From: Rikenellaceae bacterium
Lineage (GTDB): Bacteria > Bacteroidota > Bacteroidia > Bacteroidales > Rikenellaceae
Direction of reading: 5' to 3'
DNA length: 64,000 bases
Assembly: GCA_030529085.1 (NCBI GenBank)
Contig: JAUMXM010000002.1
Coordinates: 13,164 to 77,163 of the forward strand
Part shown: positions 36,220-45,691 of the stretch, piece by piece
How the letters are laid out: every line of letters starts with the position of its first letter
How positions within the stretch are numbered: position 1 is the stretch's first letter
Program-made: the position numbers and the translations under genes
Notes under the pieces: generated by a model
The model's database searches: none
Told to the model about the DNA's origin: nothing
Seen by the model: the letters and a program-made list of their open reading frames with translations, nothing else

Positions 36220-37407
36220 TTACTTGAGTACACCCAGCTCCTTGCCCACCTTTACGAAGGCGGCAATGCAGCGGTCGAGCTGCTCGGTGGTATGGCCGGC
36301 CGAAACCTGTACGCGGATACGCGCCTGGCCCTTCGGTACTACGGGGTAGTAGAAGCCCGTCACGAAGACACCCTCCTCCTGGAGCTTGGCAGCCATATCC
36401 TGCGAGAGCTTGGCATCGTAGAGCATCACGGCGCAGATGGCCGAAACGGTCGGCTTGATGTCGAAGCCGGCAGCCATCATCTTCGTGCGGAAGTACTCCA
36501 CATTCTCGACCAGCTTGTCGTGCAGAGCATCGCTCTCGCCGAGCATCTTGAACATCTCGATACCGGCACCCACTACGGCGGGGGGCAGCGAGTTGGAGAA
36601 GAGGTAGGGACGCGAGCGCTGGCGCAGCATCTCGATAATCTCCTTGCGACCCGTCGTGAAGCCGCCCACAGCACCACCAAAGGCCTTGCCGAGCGTACCG
36701 GTCAGAATCTCCACCTTACCGCGCAGGTTGTAGAGCTCCGTGATACCGCGACCCGTCTTGCCGAGCACGCCGGCCGAGTGGCACTCATCGACCATCACCA
36801 TGGCGTCGTACTTCTCGGCCAGCTCGACAATCTTATCGAGCGGAGCGGCGTTGCCATCCATCGAGAAGACACCGTCGGTGCAGATGATGCGGAAGCGCTG
36901 GGCCTGAGCCTTCTTCAGACACTCCTCCAGGTCGGCCATATCGGCGTTGGCGTAGCGATAGCGCACCGCCTTGCAGAGACGCACACCGTCGATGATCGAG
37001 GCGTGGTTCAGGGCATCGGAGATGATGGCATCCTCCTCGGTAAAGAGGGGCTCGAAGACACCGCCGTTGGCATCGAAGCAGGCGGCGTAGAGGATCGTAT
37101 CCTCGGTGCCGAAGTAGTCCGAGATAGCCTTCTCGAGCTCCTTGTGCATATCCTGGCAGCCGCAAATGAAGCGCACCGATGACATACCGTAACCGCGCTC
37201 GTCCATCGCCTTCTTGGCCGCCTCGATCAGGCGCTTGTTGTCCGAAAGACCCAGGTAGTTGTTGGCGCAGAAATTGAGGACCTCACGGCCTGCCACCTCG
37301 ATGGCGGCACGCTGGGGCGAGCAGATCAGACGCTCGTTTTTGTAGAGACCGGCAGCACGAATTTCGTCCAACTCCTGCTGCAAGTGCGCTTGCATTTTGC
37401 TATACAT
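36220..37407 (-). CDS. kbl: 2-amino-3-ketobutyrate CoA ligase (glycine C-acetyltransferase)
   Basis: NFCANNYLGL, SSVRFICG, LNHASIIDG, DECH, GTLGKA and RSRPYLFSN motifs. ATG at 37407. Confidence 0.95.
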   Translation of the reverse strand: MYSKMQAHLQQELDEIRAAGLYKNERLICSPQRAAIEVAGREVLNFCANNYLGLSDNKRLIEAAKKAMDERGYGMSSVRFICGCQDMHKELEKAISDYFGTEDTILYAACFDANGGVFEPLFTEEDAIISDALNHASIIDGVRLCKAVRYRYANADMADLEECLKKAQAQRFRIICTDGVFSMDGNAAPLDKIVELAEKYDAMVMVDECHSAGVLGKTGRGITELYNLRGKVEILTGTLGKAFGGAVGGFTTGRKEIIEMLRQRSRPYLFSNSLPPAVVGAGIEMFKMLGESDALHDKLVENVEYFRTKMMAAGFDIKPTVSAICAVMLYDAKLSQDMAAKLQEEGVFVTGFYYPVVPKGQARIRVQVSAGHTTEQLDRCIAAFVKVGKELGVLK

Positions 37408-37454
37408 ATCGCTTAAAAATTTAGAATTGTGCTTATTTTGTGTAAAATTGTTAG

Positions 37455-37493
37455 CAAATGTAACCATTTTATTTTGATTTTACACTATATTTG
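37455..37493. promoter_or_regulatory. Divergent -7 elements for kbl (TACATTTG, - strand 37455-37462) and galE (TATATTTG, + strand 37486-37493)
   Basis: Two back-to-back TAnnTTTG matches in an AT-rich gap. Confidence 0.6.
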
Positions 37494-37515
37494 TGGTAAG
37501 AATCGAATAATAACT

Positions 37516-38547
37516 ATGAAAAAGGAGTGTGTATTGGTTAGTGGCGGTGCCGGTTACATCGGCTCGCACACTGCAGTTGAACTTATCGAGGCGGGCTACG
37601 ACGTAGTCATCGCCGACAACCTGTCGAACAGTGATTTTGGTGCCGTGGAGGGTGTCCGCAAAATTACGGGGGTCGAGGTGCCCTTCGTCGAGGTCGATTG
37701 CTGCGACCGCGAGGCCCTCAAAACCAAGCTCTTCGAGCAGTACGAATTCCAGTCGGTGATCCACTTCGCCGCCTTTAAGGCTGTGGGCGAATCGGTGCAG
37801 AAACCGCTCGAGTACTACCGCAATAACCTCACCTCGCTGATGAACATCCTGGATCTGATGCGCGAGTTTGGTCGTCAGAACATCGTGTTCTCCTCGTCGT
37901 GCACGGTCTATGGCGAGCCCGACAAGCAACCCGTCACGGAGCTTACACCCCGTAAGCCCGCCACCTCGCCCTATGGCAATACGAAGACCATGTGCGAGGA
38001 TATTCTGCGCGATACGGTGCGTGCCACCCCGGCGCTGAAGGGTATCGCCCTGCGCTACTTCAACCCCATCGGTGCCCACCCCACGGCTCTGATTGGTGAG
38101 CTGCCGCGCGGTGTGCCGCAGAACCTCGTCCCCTTCGTGACGCAGACCGCCGCCGGCATCCGCGAGTGCCTCTCGGTCTTCGGCAACGACTACCCCACGC
38201 CCGACGGCTCGAACATCCGCGACTACATCGACGTAGTGGATTTGGCGCGCGCCCATGTCGTAGCCATTACCCGCATGATCGAGGGTAAGAACAAGCAGCC
38301 CTACGAGGTCTTCAATGTCGGCACGGGCAACGGTGTCTCGGTGCTGGAGCTGGTGCGCCGCTTCGAGGAGGCCAACGGCTTGAAACTCAACTACAAGATT
38401 GCCGATCGTAGAGAGGGCGACATCATCGCCATCTGGGCCGACCCGACGCTGGCGAACGAGGAGCTGGGCTGGCAGGCAAAGCGCAACCTCGACGACACGC
38501 TCCGCTCGGCTTGGGCCTGGGAGAAGCATGTGAGAGGCATTGAGTAG
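37516..38547 (+). CDS. galE: UDP-glucose 4-epimerase
   Basis: GGAGYIGSH, HFAAFKAVGES, YGNTK, LRYFNP and RDYI motifs. ATG at 37516. Confidence 0.95.
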   Translation: MKKECVLVSGGAGYIGSHTAVELIEAGYDVVIADNLSNSDFGAVEGVRKITGVEVPFVEVDCCDREALKTKLFEQYEFQSVIHFAAFKAVGESVQKPLEYYRNNLTSLMNILDLMREFGRQNIVFSSSCTVYGEPDKQPVTELTPRKPATSPYGNTKTMCEDILRDTVRATPALKGIALRYFNPIGAHPTALIGELPRGVPQNLVPFVTQTAAGIRECLSVFGNDYPTPDGSNIRDYIDVVDLARAHVVAITRMIEGKNKQPYEVFNVGTGNGVSVLELVRRFEEANGLKLNYKIADRREGDIIAIWADPTLANEELGWQAKRNLDDTLRSAWAWEKHVRGIE

Positions 38548-38588
38548 TGCTACGCACAATTAAAATTCAAGATTAAAAATTAAAAATT

Positions 38589-38622
38589 GGGGCTGTGCAA
38601 TCGGAGCACGCCCCCTTTTTTT
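38589..38622 (+). terminator. Intrinsic terminator after galE
   Basis: ggggc-t-gtgc/gcac-gcccc stem plus a 7-T tail. Confidence 0.75.
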
Positions 38623-38687
38623 GATGCTAAACCCCTCATTTTTTGCACTTTTTTAGCGCGCGATTTTGAATTTTGGATTTTCAATCG

Positions 38688-38695
38688 TACTTTTG
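38688..38695 (+). promoter_or_regulatory. -7 element (TACTTTTG) for rplY-pth
   Basis: TAnnTTTG 91 nt upstream of rplY. Confidence 0.62.
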
Positions 38696-38786
38696 CACTC
38701 CCAAACAGGCGGTATTGGGACACAATTCCAAGAAATTGCGTTGAGAACCGCCGGTGGTTTAACTTTATTAAACATTTTCAAACACT

Positions 38787-39359
38787 ATGAAAACTATCGT
38801 TGTAAATGCCGTTGAGCGTAACGACTTCGGCAAGAAGGCAGCCAAGGCTGTTCGTCGCGAGGGTATGGTACCCTGCGTACTCTGTGGTAACGGTGAGACC
38901 GTGAACTTCACGATCGATCCCCGCGAGATCAAGGCGCTGATCTACACCCCCAACTCGTATGTTATCGAGTTCCACTTCGGTGACAAGGTTGAGCTGGCTG
39001 TAATGCGCGAGGCTCAGTGGCACCCCGTACGTGAGGAGCTCCTCCACGTTGATTTCTTCCGCATCGCTCAGGGCAAGCCCGTATCGGTGGCTATCCCCGT
39101 ACGTCTGACCGGTAACGCCGAGGGTGTGAAGGTCGGTGGTAAGCTCGTTCTGTCGGCCCGCAAGGTGACCGTGAGCGCCCTGGTAGAGAACCTGCCCGAT
39201 GAGATTGTTGTTGATGTAACGTCGCTCGGCCTGGGTAAGACGATCTTCGTAGGTGACCTCGCTGTTGAGAACCTGAAGTTCGTGACGCCCGCTACGACCG
39301 CTGTCTGCGCTGTGCGTATGACCCGTGCTGCTCGTGGTGCTGCTGCTGCCGAGAAATAA
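38787..39359 (+). CDS. rplY: 50S ribosomal protein bL25 / Ctc
   Basis: GKKAAKAVRREGMVPCVL, QWHPV...LHVDF, GVKVGG and TL5-type C-terminal domain. Confidence 0.95.
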   Translation: MKTIVVNAVERNDFGKKAAKAVRREGMVPCVLCGNGETVNFTIDPREIKALIYTPNSYVIEFHFGDKVELAVMREAQWHPVREELLHVDFFRIAQGKPVSVAIPVRLTGNAEGVKVGGKLVLSARKVTVSALVENLPDEIVVDVTSLGLGKTIFVGDLAVENLKFVTPATTAVCAVRMTRAARGAAAAEK

Positions 39360-39368
39360 TCGTAACGA

Positions 39369-39932
39369 ATGAAATACCTTATTGTTGGATTGGGCAACAT
39401 CGGCTCGGAGTATGCCGATACCCGTCACAACATCGGTTTCAATGTGTTGGATGCCCTTGCTGCGGCATCCAACACTTCTTTTTCGACCGTTCGCTACGGC
39501 GATATGGCCACCCTGCGCCACCGCGGCCGCACGGTGCTGCTCCTCAAGCCCTCGACCTATATGAACCTCTCGGGTAAGGCCGTGCGCTACTGGATGGAGC
39601 AGGAGAAGATCAAGCCCGAAAACCTGCTTATCATCTCCGACGACATCGCCATCCCCTTCGGTCAGCTCCGTATGCGTCAGCAGGGCTCGGCAGGAGGTCA
39701 CAACGGCCTGAAGAATATCGCCGAGCTGCTCGGCACCGAGTCCTTCGCCCGTATGCGCTTCGGCGTGGGTGGCGACTTCCCGCGCGGCCACCAGGTCGAC
39801 TACGTCCTGGGCAAGTGGAGCGACGAGGAGCAGAAAGCCCTCCCCGAGCGACTCAAGATCTTCGGTGATGCGATCCTCTCGTTTGTCGCAGTCGGTTGCA
39901 CGATGACGATGAACAACTTCAACAAGAAATAA
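39369..39932 (+). CDS. pth: Peptidyl-tRNA hydrolase
   Basis: GLGNIG, TRHNIGF, KPSTYMNLSG and GGHNGL motifs. Confidence 0.96.
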   Translation: MKYLIVGLGNIGSEYADTRHNIGFNVLDALAAASNTSFSTVRYGDMATLRHRGRTVLLLKPSTYMNLSGKAVRYWMEQEKIKPENLLIISDDIAIPFGQLRMRQQGSAGGHNGLKNIAELLGTESFARMRFGVGGDFPRGHQVDYVLGKWSDEEQKALPERLKIFGDAILSFVAVGCTMTMNNFNKK

Positions 39933-39963
39933 AAAAAACCTGCCCCGATAAGGCAGGTTTTTT
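39933..39963. terminator. Bidirectional intrinsic terminator
   Basis: aaaaaacctgcc/ggcaggtttttt hairpin. Confidence 0.88.
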
Positions 39964-39966
39964 GTT

Positions 39967-40368
39967 TTACTCGTCCCCCTCTTCGTCGTAGAAGAAGCCC
40001 TCCATGAGCGAATCCAACTCGCGGCGCTCCTTCTTCGTGGGGCGTCCCGTGCCGCGATCGCGGAAGACGAAGATCGTCTCACGGGGTACGTTTAACTTAT
40101 CCAGCTCCTCCTGCGGCGTAATATCGAGGCAGTATTGGGGAACATTCTTCGCCCCCTGGCGGCTCGAAACCAGGTCGAGCACCTTATATTGATAGGTGAC
40201 CGCCTGACGGCGCACCGAGATACGGTCGCCGATCTTCACCTCGCGCGAGGGCTTGGCGTAGGCATCATTGACCAGCACGCGGTTGTTGCGAATGGCATCG
40301 GCGGCATCGCTGCGCGTCTTGAAGACACGCACCGCCCAAAGGTATTTGTCCAAACGAATATCGTCCAT
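39967..40368 (-). CDS. hslR: Ribosome-associated heat shock protein Hsp15 (S4 domain)
   Basis: RLDKYLWAVRVFKTRS, KPSREVK and GRPTKKERR motifs. Confidence 0.92.
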   Translation of the reverse strand: MDDIRLDKYLWAVRVFKTRSDAADAIRNNRVLVNDAYAKPSREVKIGDRISVRRQAVTYQYKVLDLVSSRQGAKNVPQYCLDITPQEELDKLNVPRETIFVFRDRGTGRPTKKERRELDSLMEGFFYDEEGDE

Positions 40369-40377
40369 CTTTTTACA

Positions 40378-41640
40378 CTATTTTTCCAACATACTTTCAC
40401 TGCGCGGCGCATCGTGCGAGTGCTCCTCGTTTTGGCGGCTCACGCTCAAAATCATACCCAGCGCGATGGCTGTAAAGAGGGTCGAGGAGCCTCCGCGCGA
40501 GATGAGCGGCAGGGTCTGACCCGTCTCGGGAATCAGGTTCACGGTGACCATCACATGCAACAGCGCCTGGCAGGTGATCATCAGGGCCAAACCCAGGACC
40601 AACAGCCCCGGGAAGGCGGTTCCGCACCGTCGGAAGATCTCGATGGCTCGGAAGAAGATCCAGAGGTAGAGCATCATCAGCGCAATGGCCATCAGGGCGC
40701 CATACTCCTCGACAAAGAAGGCGAAGGCGTAGTCGCTCTCGGGGTGGATCATCTCGACACGCATTGCACTCTGGCCGGCACCCACGCCCAATATGCCGCC
40801 GTTGTGGATGGCAATCATCGAGCGCTCGGTATCAGTCAAATCCTCGATCGGCTTCGTATCTTGAGGGAGCACCCAGAGCTTGACCCACGTCGAGAGGCGA
40901 CCCTCGGCCGTCTCGCCGCGTCCCAAATTGAGGGCCATCAACAGCACAAAGCCCACAAAGGCCCAACCGATGAGTTTCATCAGCTCGCGCCCCGAGACAC
41001 GTCCCACGAGCATCATCACCCACGTTGCCAGGAAGAGCAGCGCCGCCGACGAGGTGTGAGCCGGCAAAATCACGGCACAGGCCGCAACAACGGGCAAGAG
41101 AATCGGATAGGTACCCTCGCGCCAGATGCGTCGCTGATAACGGCTGGTGCGCCAGGTCCAGAAGCGCCACGAGGGGACGATGCGAATCTTGTCGATCTTG
41201 GTTTGGCGCGCCGCAAGCTGCATAGCGAGGAACATCACCGTCGCCACCTTCAGCGCCTCGGAGGGCTGGAAATTGAAGGGGCCGAGGGGAATCCAGCGGG
41301 CAGCACCGTTTGTCGTGGCACCGATGAAGTAGACCGAGACGGTCAGCAGCAGACTTGCATAGTAGACCCACCGCGCCGCCCGATGGTAGATGCGGCTGTT
41401 CATCCGCTGCACGATAACCATTATCACCAGACTGAAAAAGAGGATGATGAGGTGCTGGCGCAGGAATTGACTCGTGGTGCGGATCGTGTGGGCATCGTAG
41501 GCCATCTTGGCGATCGACGAATAGACCACCAAGACCGACAGCACGGCCAGCACGGCCACAATGACCCACAGCACCCTGTCGCCCGTAAACCAGCGGCGGA
41601 GTCCCGTAGGAGGAGTTTGTGTTGTCGTTCGAGCCATCAT
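40378..41640 (-). CDS. ftsW: SEDS peptidoglycan polymerase FtsW
   Basis: NGAARWI, FQPSE, SDYAFA, PETGQTLPLISRGGSS motifs; follows murD. Confidence 0.92.
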   Translation of the reverse strand: MMARTTTQTPPTGLRRWFTGDRVLWVIVAVLAVLSVLVVYSSIAKMAYDAHTIRTTSQFLRQHLIILFFSLVIMVIVQRMNSRIYHRAARWVYYASLLLTVSVYFIGATTNGAARWIPLGPFNFQPSEALKVATVMFLAMQLAARQTKIDKIRIVPSWRFWTWRTSRYQRRIWREGTYPILLPVVAACAVILPAHTSSAALLFLATWVMMLVGRVSGRELMKLIGWAFVGFVLLMALNLGRGETAEGRLSTWVKLWVLPQDTKPIEDLTDTERSMIAIHNGGILGVGAGQSAMRVEMIHPESDYAFAFFVEEYGALMAIALMMLYLWIFFRAIEIFRRCGTAFPGLLVLGLALMITCQALLHVMVTVNLIPETGQTLPLISRGGSSTLFTAIALGMILSVSRQNEEHSHDAPRSESMLEK

Positions 41641-41649
41641 ATAGGGTTT

Positions 41650-42966
41650 TTAAGCCTTCAAAATATGGGTTGCGACCCACTCCTTGAAGAGGCGGCCGCG
41701 CTCCTCGTAGTTGTGGAACAGGTCGAAGCTGGCACAGGCAGGTGAGAGGAGCACCACATCACCCTCGCGTGCCGCCTTACGGGCCTCCTGCATCGCCTCG
41801 TCGAGCGACGAGGTGGAGCGAATCGTCGGGACTACCCCCGCAAAATCGCGCTCGAGCTTGGCGTTATCGAGCCCCATGCAGATCAGCGTGTGGACCTTCT
41901 CGCGGGCAAAGGCCATCAAGGGGGCGTAGTCATTGCCCTTATCCGTGCCGCCTGCAATCCACACCACGGGGCGGGTCATACTCTCGAGGGCATACCACAC
42001 CGAATCGACATTCGTAGCCTTCGAGTCGTTGATCCAAACCACCCCATCACGCTCGCCGGCGGGCTCCAGGCGGTGCTCCACGGGCGAGAAGCTGTAGATC
42101 GAGCGGGCTACCACCTCGGGCGAGACACCCGCCGAGAGAGCCGCCAGGGCTGCAGCCTGGGCGTTGTAGCGGTTGTGCAGACCCTTGATCTGCATCTTAT
42201 CGAAATCGAGCTCCAGGCGCTTGCCATCGACCTCAACGACCCCCTGACGCTCCTTACCGAAGGGGAGCAGCGTGGGATTGGCCTTCAGTTTGGGCAGCTC
42301 GGCACAAATCACGGCATCATCCTCGAGGTAGATAAACTTCTCGCGCGGGGTCTGATTCTGCGTGATGCGCATCTTCGAATCTACGTAGTTTTGGAACTGA
42401 TAGTCGTAGCGGTCAAGGTGGTCGGGGGTGATGTTCATCAACACACCCACATCGGCCTTGAAGCGGTACATGCCGTCGAGCTGGAAGGAGCTCAACTCCA
42501 AGACATACCAATCGAATGAGCCGGTGGCCACCTGGTAGGCGAAGCTCTCGCCGATATTGCCACCCAATGCCACGTTGAAGCCGGCATCGCAGAGGATCTT
42601 GTAGATGAGCGACGTGGTGGTCGTCTTGCCGTTCGAGCCGGTGATGCAGAGGCTCTTGGCCGAGCCCATGTAGCGCGCCGCGAACTCCATCTCGGAGATA
42701 ATCGGCGTACCCTTTGCGCGCAGCTGCTGCACGATGGGGGCCTTGTCGGGAATACCGGGCGACTTGATCACCTCGTCGGCCGCGAGGATGCGCTCCTCGT
42801 CGTGCGACCCCTCCTCGTAGGGAACACCCCACTCCTCGAGCTTCGCCTTGTAGCGGTCGGCAATCGCGCCGCGATCCGAGAGGAAGACCTCGAAGCCCTC
42901 CTTTTTGGCCAGAATCGCCGAGCCGTAGCCGCTGATACCGCCACCCAAAACAACTATCTTTTTCAT
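41650..42966 (-). CDS. murD: UDP-N-acetylmuramoyl-L-alanine--D-glutamate ligase
   Basis: SPGIP, TGSNGKTT, ELSSFQL, DHLDRY, NDSKATN and SPACASFD motifs. Confidence 0.96.
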   Translation of the reverse strand: MKKIVVLGGGISGYGSAILAKKEGFEVFLSDRGAIADRYKAKLEEWGVPYEEGSHDEERILAADEVIKSPGIPDKAPIVQQLRAKGTPIISEMEFAARYMGSAKSLCITGSNGKTTTTSLIYKILCDAGFNVALGGNIGESFAYQVATGSFDWYVLELSSFQLDGMYRFKADVGVLMNITPDHLDRYDYQFQNYVDSKMRITQNQTPREKFIYLEDDAVICAELPKLKANPTLLPFGKERQGVVEVDGKRLELDFDKMQIKGLHNRYNAQAAALAALSAGVSPEVVARSIYSFSPVEHRLEPAGERDGVVWINDSKATNVDSVWYALESMTRPVVWIAGGTDKGNDYAPLMAFAREKVHTLICMGLDNAKLERDFAGVVPTIRSTSSLDEAMQEARKAAREGDVVLLSPACASFDLFHNYEERGRLFKEWVATHILKA

Positions 42967-42970
42967 CTTT

Positions 42971-44191
42971 CTATCGAATCTTGAGGGTTACCAACGTGAC
43001 CGCCGCCAGGAGCAGCGAGATGATCCAGAAGCGGATGACAATCTTCGTCTCGAAGATCGACTTCTTCTGGTAGTGGTGGTGCAGGGGCGACATGAGGAAG
43101 ATGCGGCGACCCTCGCCATACTTGCGCTTCGTGTATTTGAAGTAGCCCACCTGCAACATCACCGAGCAGCTCTCCACAAGGAAGATACCGCACAGTACGG
43201 GCAGCAGCAGCTCCTTGCGGATGCAGAGGGCAAAGACGGCAATCACACCGCCAATCGAGAGCGAACCCGTATCGCCCATAAAGATCTGCGCCGGGAAGGA
43301 GTTGTACCACAGGAAGCCGACCAGAGCACCCGCCATCGCCGCGGCGAAAATCACCAGCTCACCGCTGTCGGGGATGTACATAATATTGAGGTAGTCGGCA
43401 TACATCACGTGGCCCGAGAGGTAGGCCAGGACACCCAGCACCACGACAATCGGCACCGAGACACCCGTCACCAGGCCATCCAAGCCATCCGTGAGGTTGG
43501 CACCGTTCGATACGGCCGTCACGACCAGGATCGCCACCAAGACGTAGAGCAACCAGGCCAGGAACTCGTCACCAAAGGTGAACCAGCTATAATCCAGCTC
43601 GTTGTTCTTCACAAAGGGGATGGTCGTTTTGGTGGTCTTGACCTCGGAGGAGAGCGTAAGGGTCTGCTCGGTGGTCTGCTCCTGGCTCAGCTCGTAGCCT
43701 TTGGGGTGCTCGTCGCGTACCACGATGTCGGGCGAGAGCCACATCACCGTGCCCACAATCAGACCCAGACCCACCTGGCCCACCACCTTGAAGCGGCCGT
43801 TGAGACCCTCCTTGTGGTGGCGGAAGACCTTGATGTAGTCGTCCAAACCACCAATCATGCCCAACCAGACGGTCGAGATGAGCATCAGCTGGATGTAGAT
43901 GTTATCCAGACGGGCAAACAAGAGGGTCGGCACCAAAATCGAGAGCAGGATAATCACACCGCCCATCGTCGGGGTACCGCGCTTCTGAAGTTGTCCCTCC
44001 AACCCAAGGTCACGAATATCCTCGCCAATCTGCTTGCGGCGCAGGAAGTCGATAATCGAGCGACCAAAAATAATGGCGATCAAAAGTGCCAAGATAATCG
44101 CGGCCGACGAGCGGAACGAGATGTACTGGAAGACACCCGCACCCGAGAGGCTGTAGGCTTCGTCTAAATGTTTGAAAATGTGGTAAAACAT
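42971..44191 (-). CDS. mraY: Phospho-N-acetylmuramoyl-pentapeptide transferase
   Basis: [27 protein letters not shown] and PLHHHY motifs. Confidence 0.96.
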   Translation of the reverse strand: MFYHIFKHLDEAYSLSGAGVFQYISFRSSAAIILALLIAIIFGRSIIDFLRRKQIGEDIRDLGLEGQLQKRGTPTMGGVIILLSILVPTLLFARLDNIYIQLMLISTVWLGMIGGLDDYIKVFRHHKEGLNGRFKVVGQVGLGLIVGTVMWLSPDIVVRDEHPKGYELSQEQTTEQTLTLSSEVKTTKTTIPFVKNNELDYSWFTFGDEFLAWLLYVLVAILVVTAVSNGANLTDGLDGLVTGVSVPIVVVLGVLAYLSGHVMYADYLNIMYIPDSGELVIFAAAMAGALVGFLWYNSFPAQIFMGDTGSLSIGGVIAVFALCIRKELLLPVLCGIFLVESCSVMLQVGYFKYTKRKYGEGRRIFLMSPLHHHYQKKSIFETKIVIRFWIISLLLAAVTLVTLKIR

Positions 44192-44221
44192 ATCTGATTT
44201 TAATTTTTATTCCTTACGTTT

Positions 44222-45670
44222 TTAATCGCCAAAGGCTTTGCGCAGCTCCTCGCGGTCGTCGAAGTGGTGCTTCTCGTCGCCCACAATCTGGTAATTCTCG
44301 TGCCCCTTGCCGGCCACCAGAATCACATCGCCCCGCTCGGCCATCAAAACCGCCGTGCGAATCGCCGCAGCGCGATCCGTGATGCGCGTGGCACGATCCG
44401 TAGGCTTCAGACCCGCCATCATCTCGTCGAGAATGGCCTCGGGATCCTCATGGCGCGGATTGTCGGAGGTGAGGATCACCGTTGATGCGTAGCGTGCCGC
44501 AATGCGCGCCATCTCAGGGCGCTTCTCGCGGTCGCGGTCGCCCCCACAGCCGCAGACCACCAACAGCCGGCCTCGGCCCTGCATCAGCTCCTCGATTGTC
44601 GAGAGGACATTATCGAGGGCATCGGGCGTATGGGCATAGTCGACCACGGCAATCTTGCCGCCGGCCGAGTGGAGGCACTCGAAACGACCACTGACGGGCA
44701 TCAAGGCACTCAGGGCGGTGAGGATCTCCTCCTGCTTGAGTCCGAGCTGCATCGCGGCACCATAGACCAACATCACGTTCGAGGCGTTGAAGCGACCCGT
44801 GAGGTGTACCCACAGCTCGCGGCCGTCGAGCTGCAAGAGCATGCCGTCGAGGTGCAACTCGACAATCTTGCAACGCACATCGGCCATCGAACGCAGCGAG
44901 GCGGTCACCACGCGGGCGCGCGTATTCTGCACCATCACCGCACCGTTCCTGTCGTCGCTGTTCACCAACGCAAAAGCCCCCTTCGGAAGGGCATCGAAGA
45001 GCCCCTTCTTCGCCTTGAGATACTCGGCGAAGGTCTTGTGGTAGTCGAGGTGGTCGTGGGTCAGGTTCGTAAACATCGCCCCCGTGAAGTGGAGTCCGAA
45101 GATGCGCTTCTGCACAATGGCGTGCGACGAACACTCCATAAAGCAGTAGTCGCACCCGGCATCGACCATCTCGCGCATCATGCGATTCAGGCGAATCACA
45201 TCGGGGGTGGTGTGGGTCGAGGGAATCTCACGCTCATCAACCTTATAGACCACCGTCGAGATCAATCCGGCACGGTAACCCATGCGGCGCACCAGGTCGT
45301 AGAGCAACGTGGCGATGGTGGTCTTGCCGTTGGTACCCGTCACGCCGACGAGCTTCAGCTCGCGGCTCGGATCGCCGTAGAAGGCCGAGGCCATCTGCGC
45401 CATCGCCTCCTCGACATCCTCGACCACCAGGTAGGCCACCTCGGAGTTGATTTCGAGGGGCAGACGGCGGCAGAGAATCGCCGAAGCACCCCTTTCGAGG
45501 GCCATCGGGATAAAGTCATGGCCATCGCAACGCGTACCCTCGACCGCAAAAAAGCAGGTCGCAGGCTCCACGGCGCGCGAGTCGTAGGCAAGGGCCTCGA
45601 TCGAAGCCTCGGCAGCACCTGCACGCTCGAGAATCTTCACCTGACCAACAAGAGCCGATAATTTTTTCAT
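44222..45670 (-). CDS. murE: UDP-MurNAc-tripeptide synthetase (meso-DAP specific)
   Basis: TGTNGKTT, ECSSH, DHLDYH, DYAHTPD, DNPR (DAP motif) and AGKGHE. Confidence 0.96.
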   Translation of the reverse strand: MKKLSALVGQVKILERAGAAEASIEALAYDSRAVEPATCFFAVEGTRCDGHDFIPMALERGASAILCRRLPLEINSEVAYLVVEDVEEAMAQMASAFYGDPSRELKLVGVTGTNGKTTIATLLYDLVRRMGYRAGLISTVVYKVDEREIPSTHTTPDVIRLNRMMREMVDAGCDYCFMECSSHAIVQKRIFGLHFTGAMFTNLTHDHLDYHKTFAEYLKAKKGLFDALPKGAFALVNSDDRNGAVMVQNTRARVVTASLRSMADVRCKIVELHLDGMLLQLDGRELWVHLTGRFNASNVMLVYGAAMQLGLKQEEILTALSALMPVSGRFECLHSAGGKIAVVDYAHTPDALDNVLSTIEELMQGRGRLLVVCGCGGDRDREKRPEMARIAARYASTVILTSDNPRHEDPEAILDEMMAGLKPTDRATRITDRAAAIRTAVLMAERGDVILVAGKGHENYQIVGDEKHHFDDREELRKAFGD

Positions 45671-45691
45671 GGTTTTATAGCTTTTCTATCT

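Noticed and set aside
37516-38547. Idea that the gene divergent from kbl is a GalE-like L-threonine dehydrogenase
   Set aside because: It has the full set of true GalE motifs (KAVGES, LRYFNP, RDYI), so it is GalE. Any tdh must lie elsewhere.
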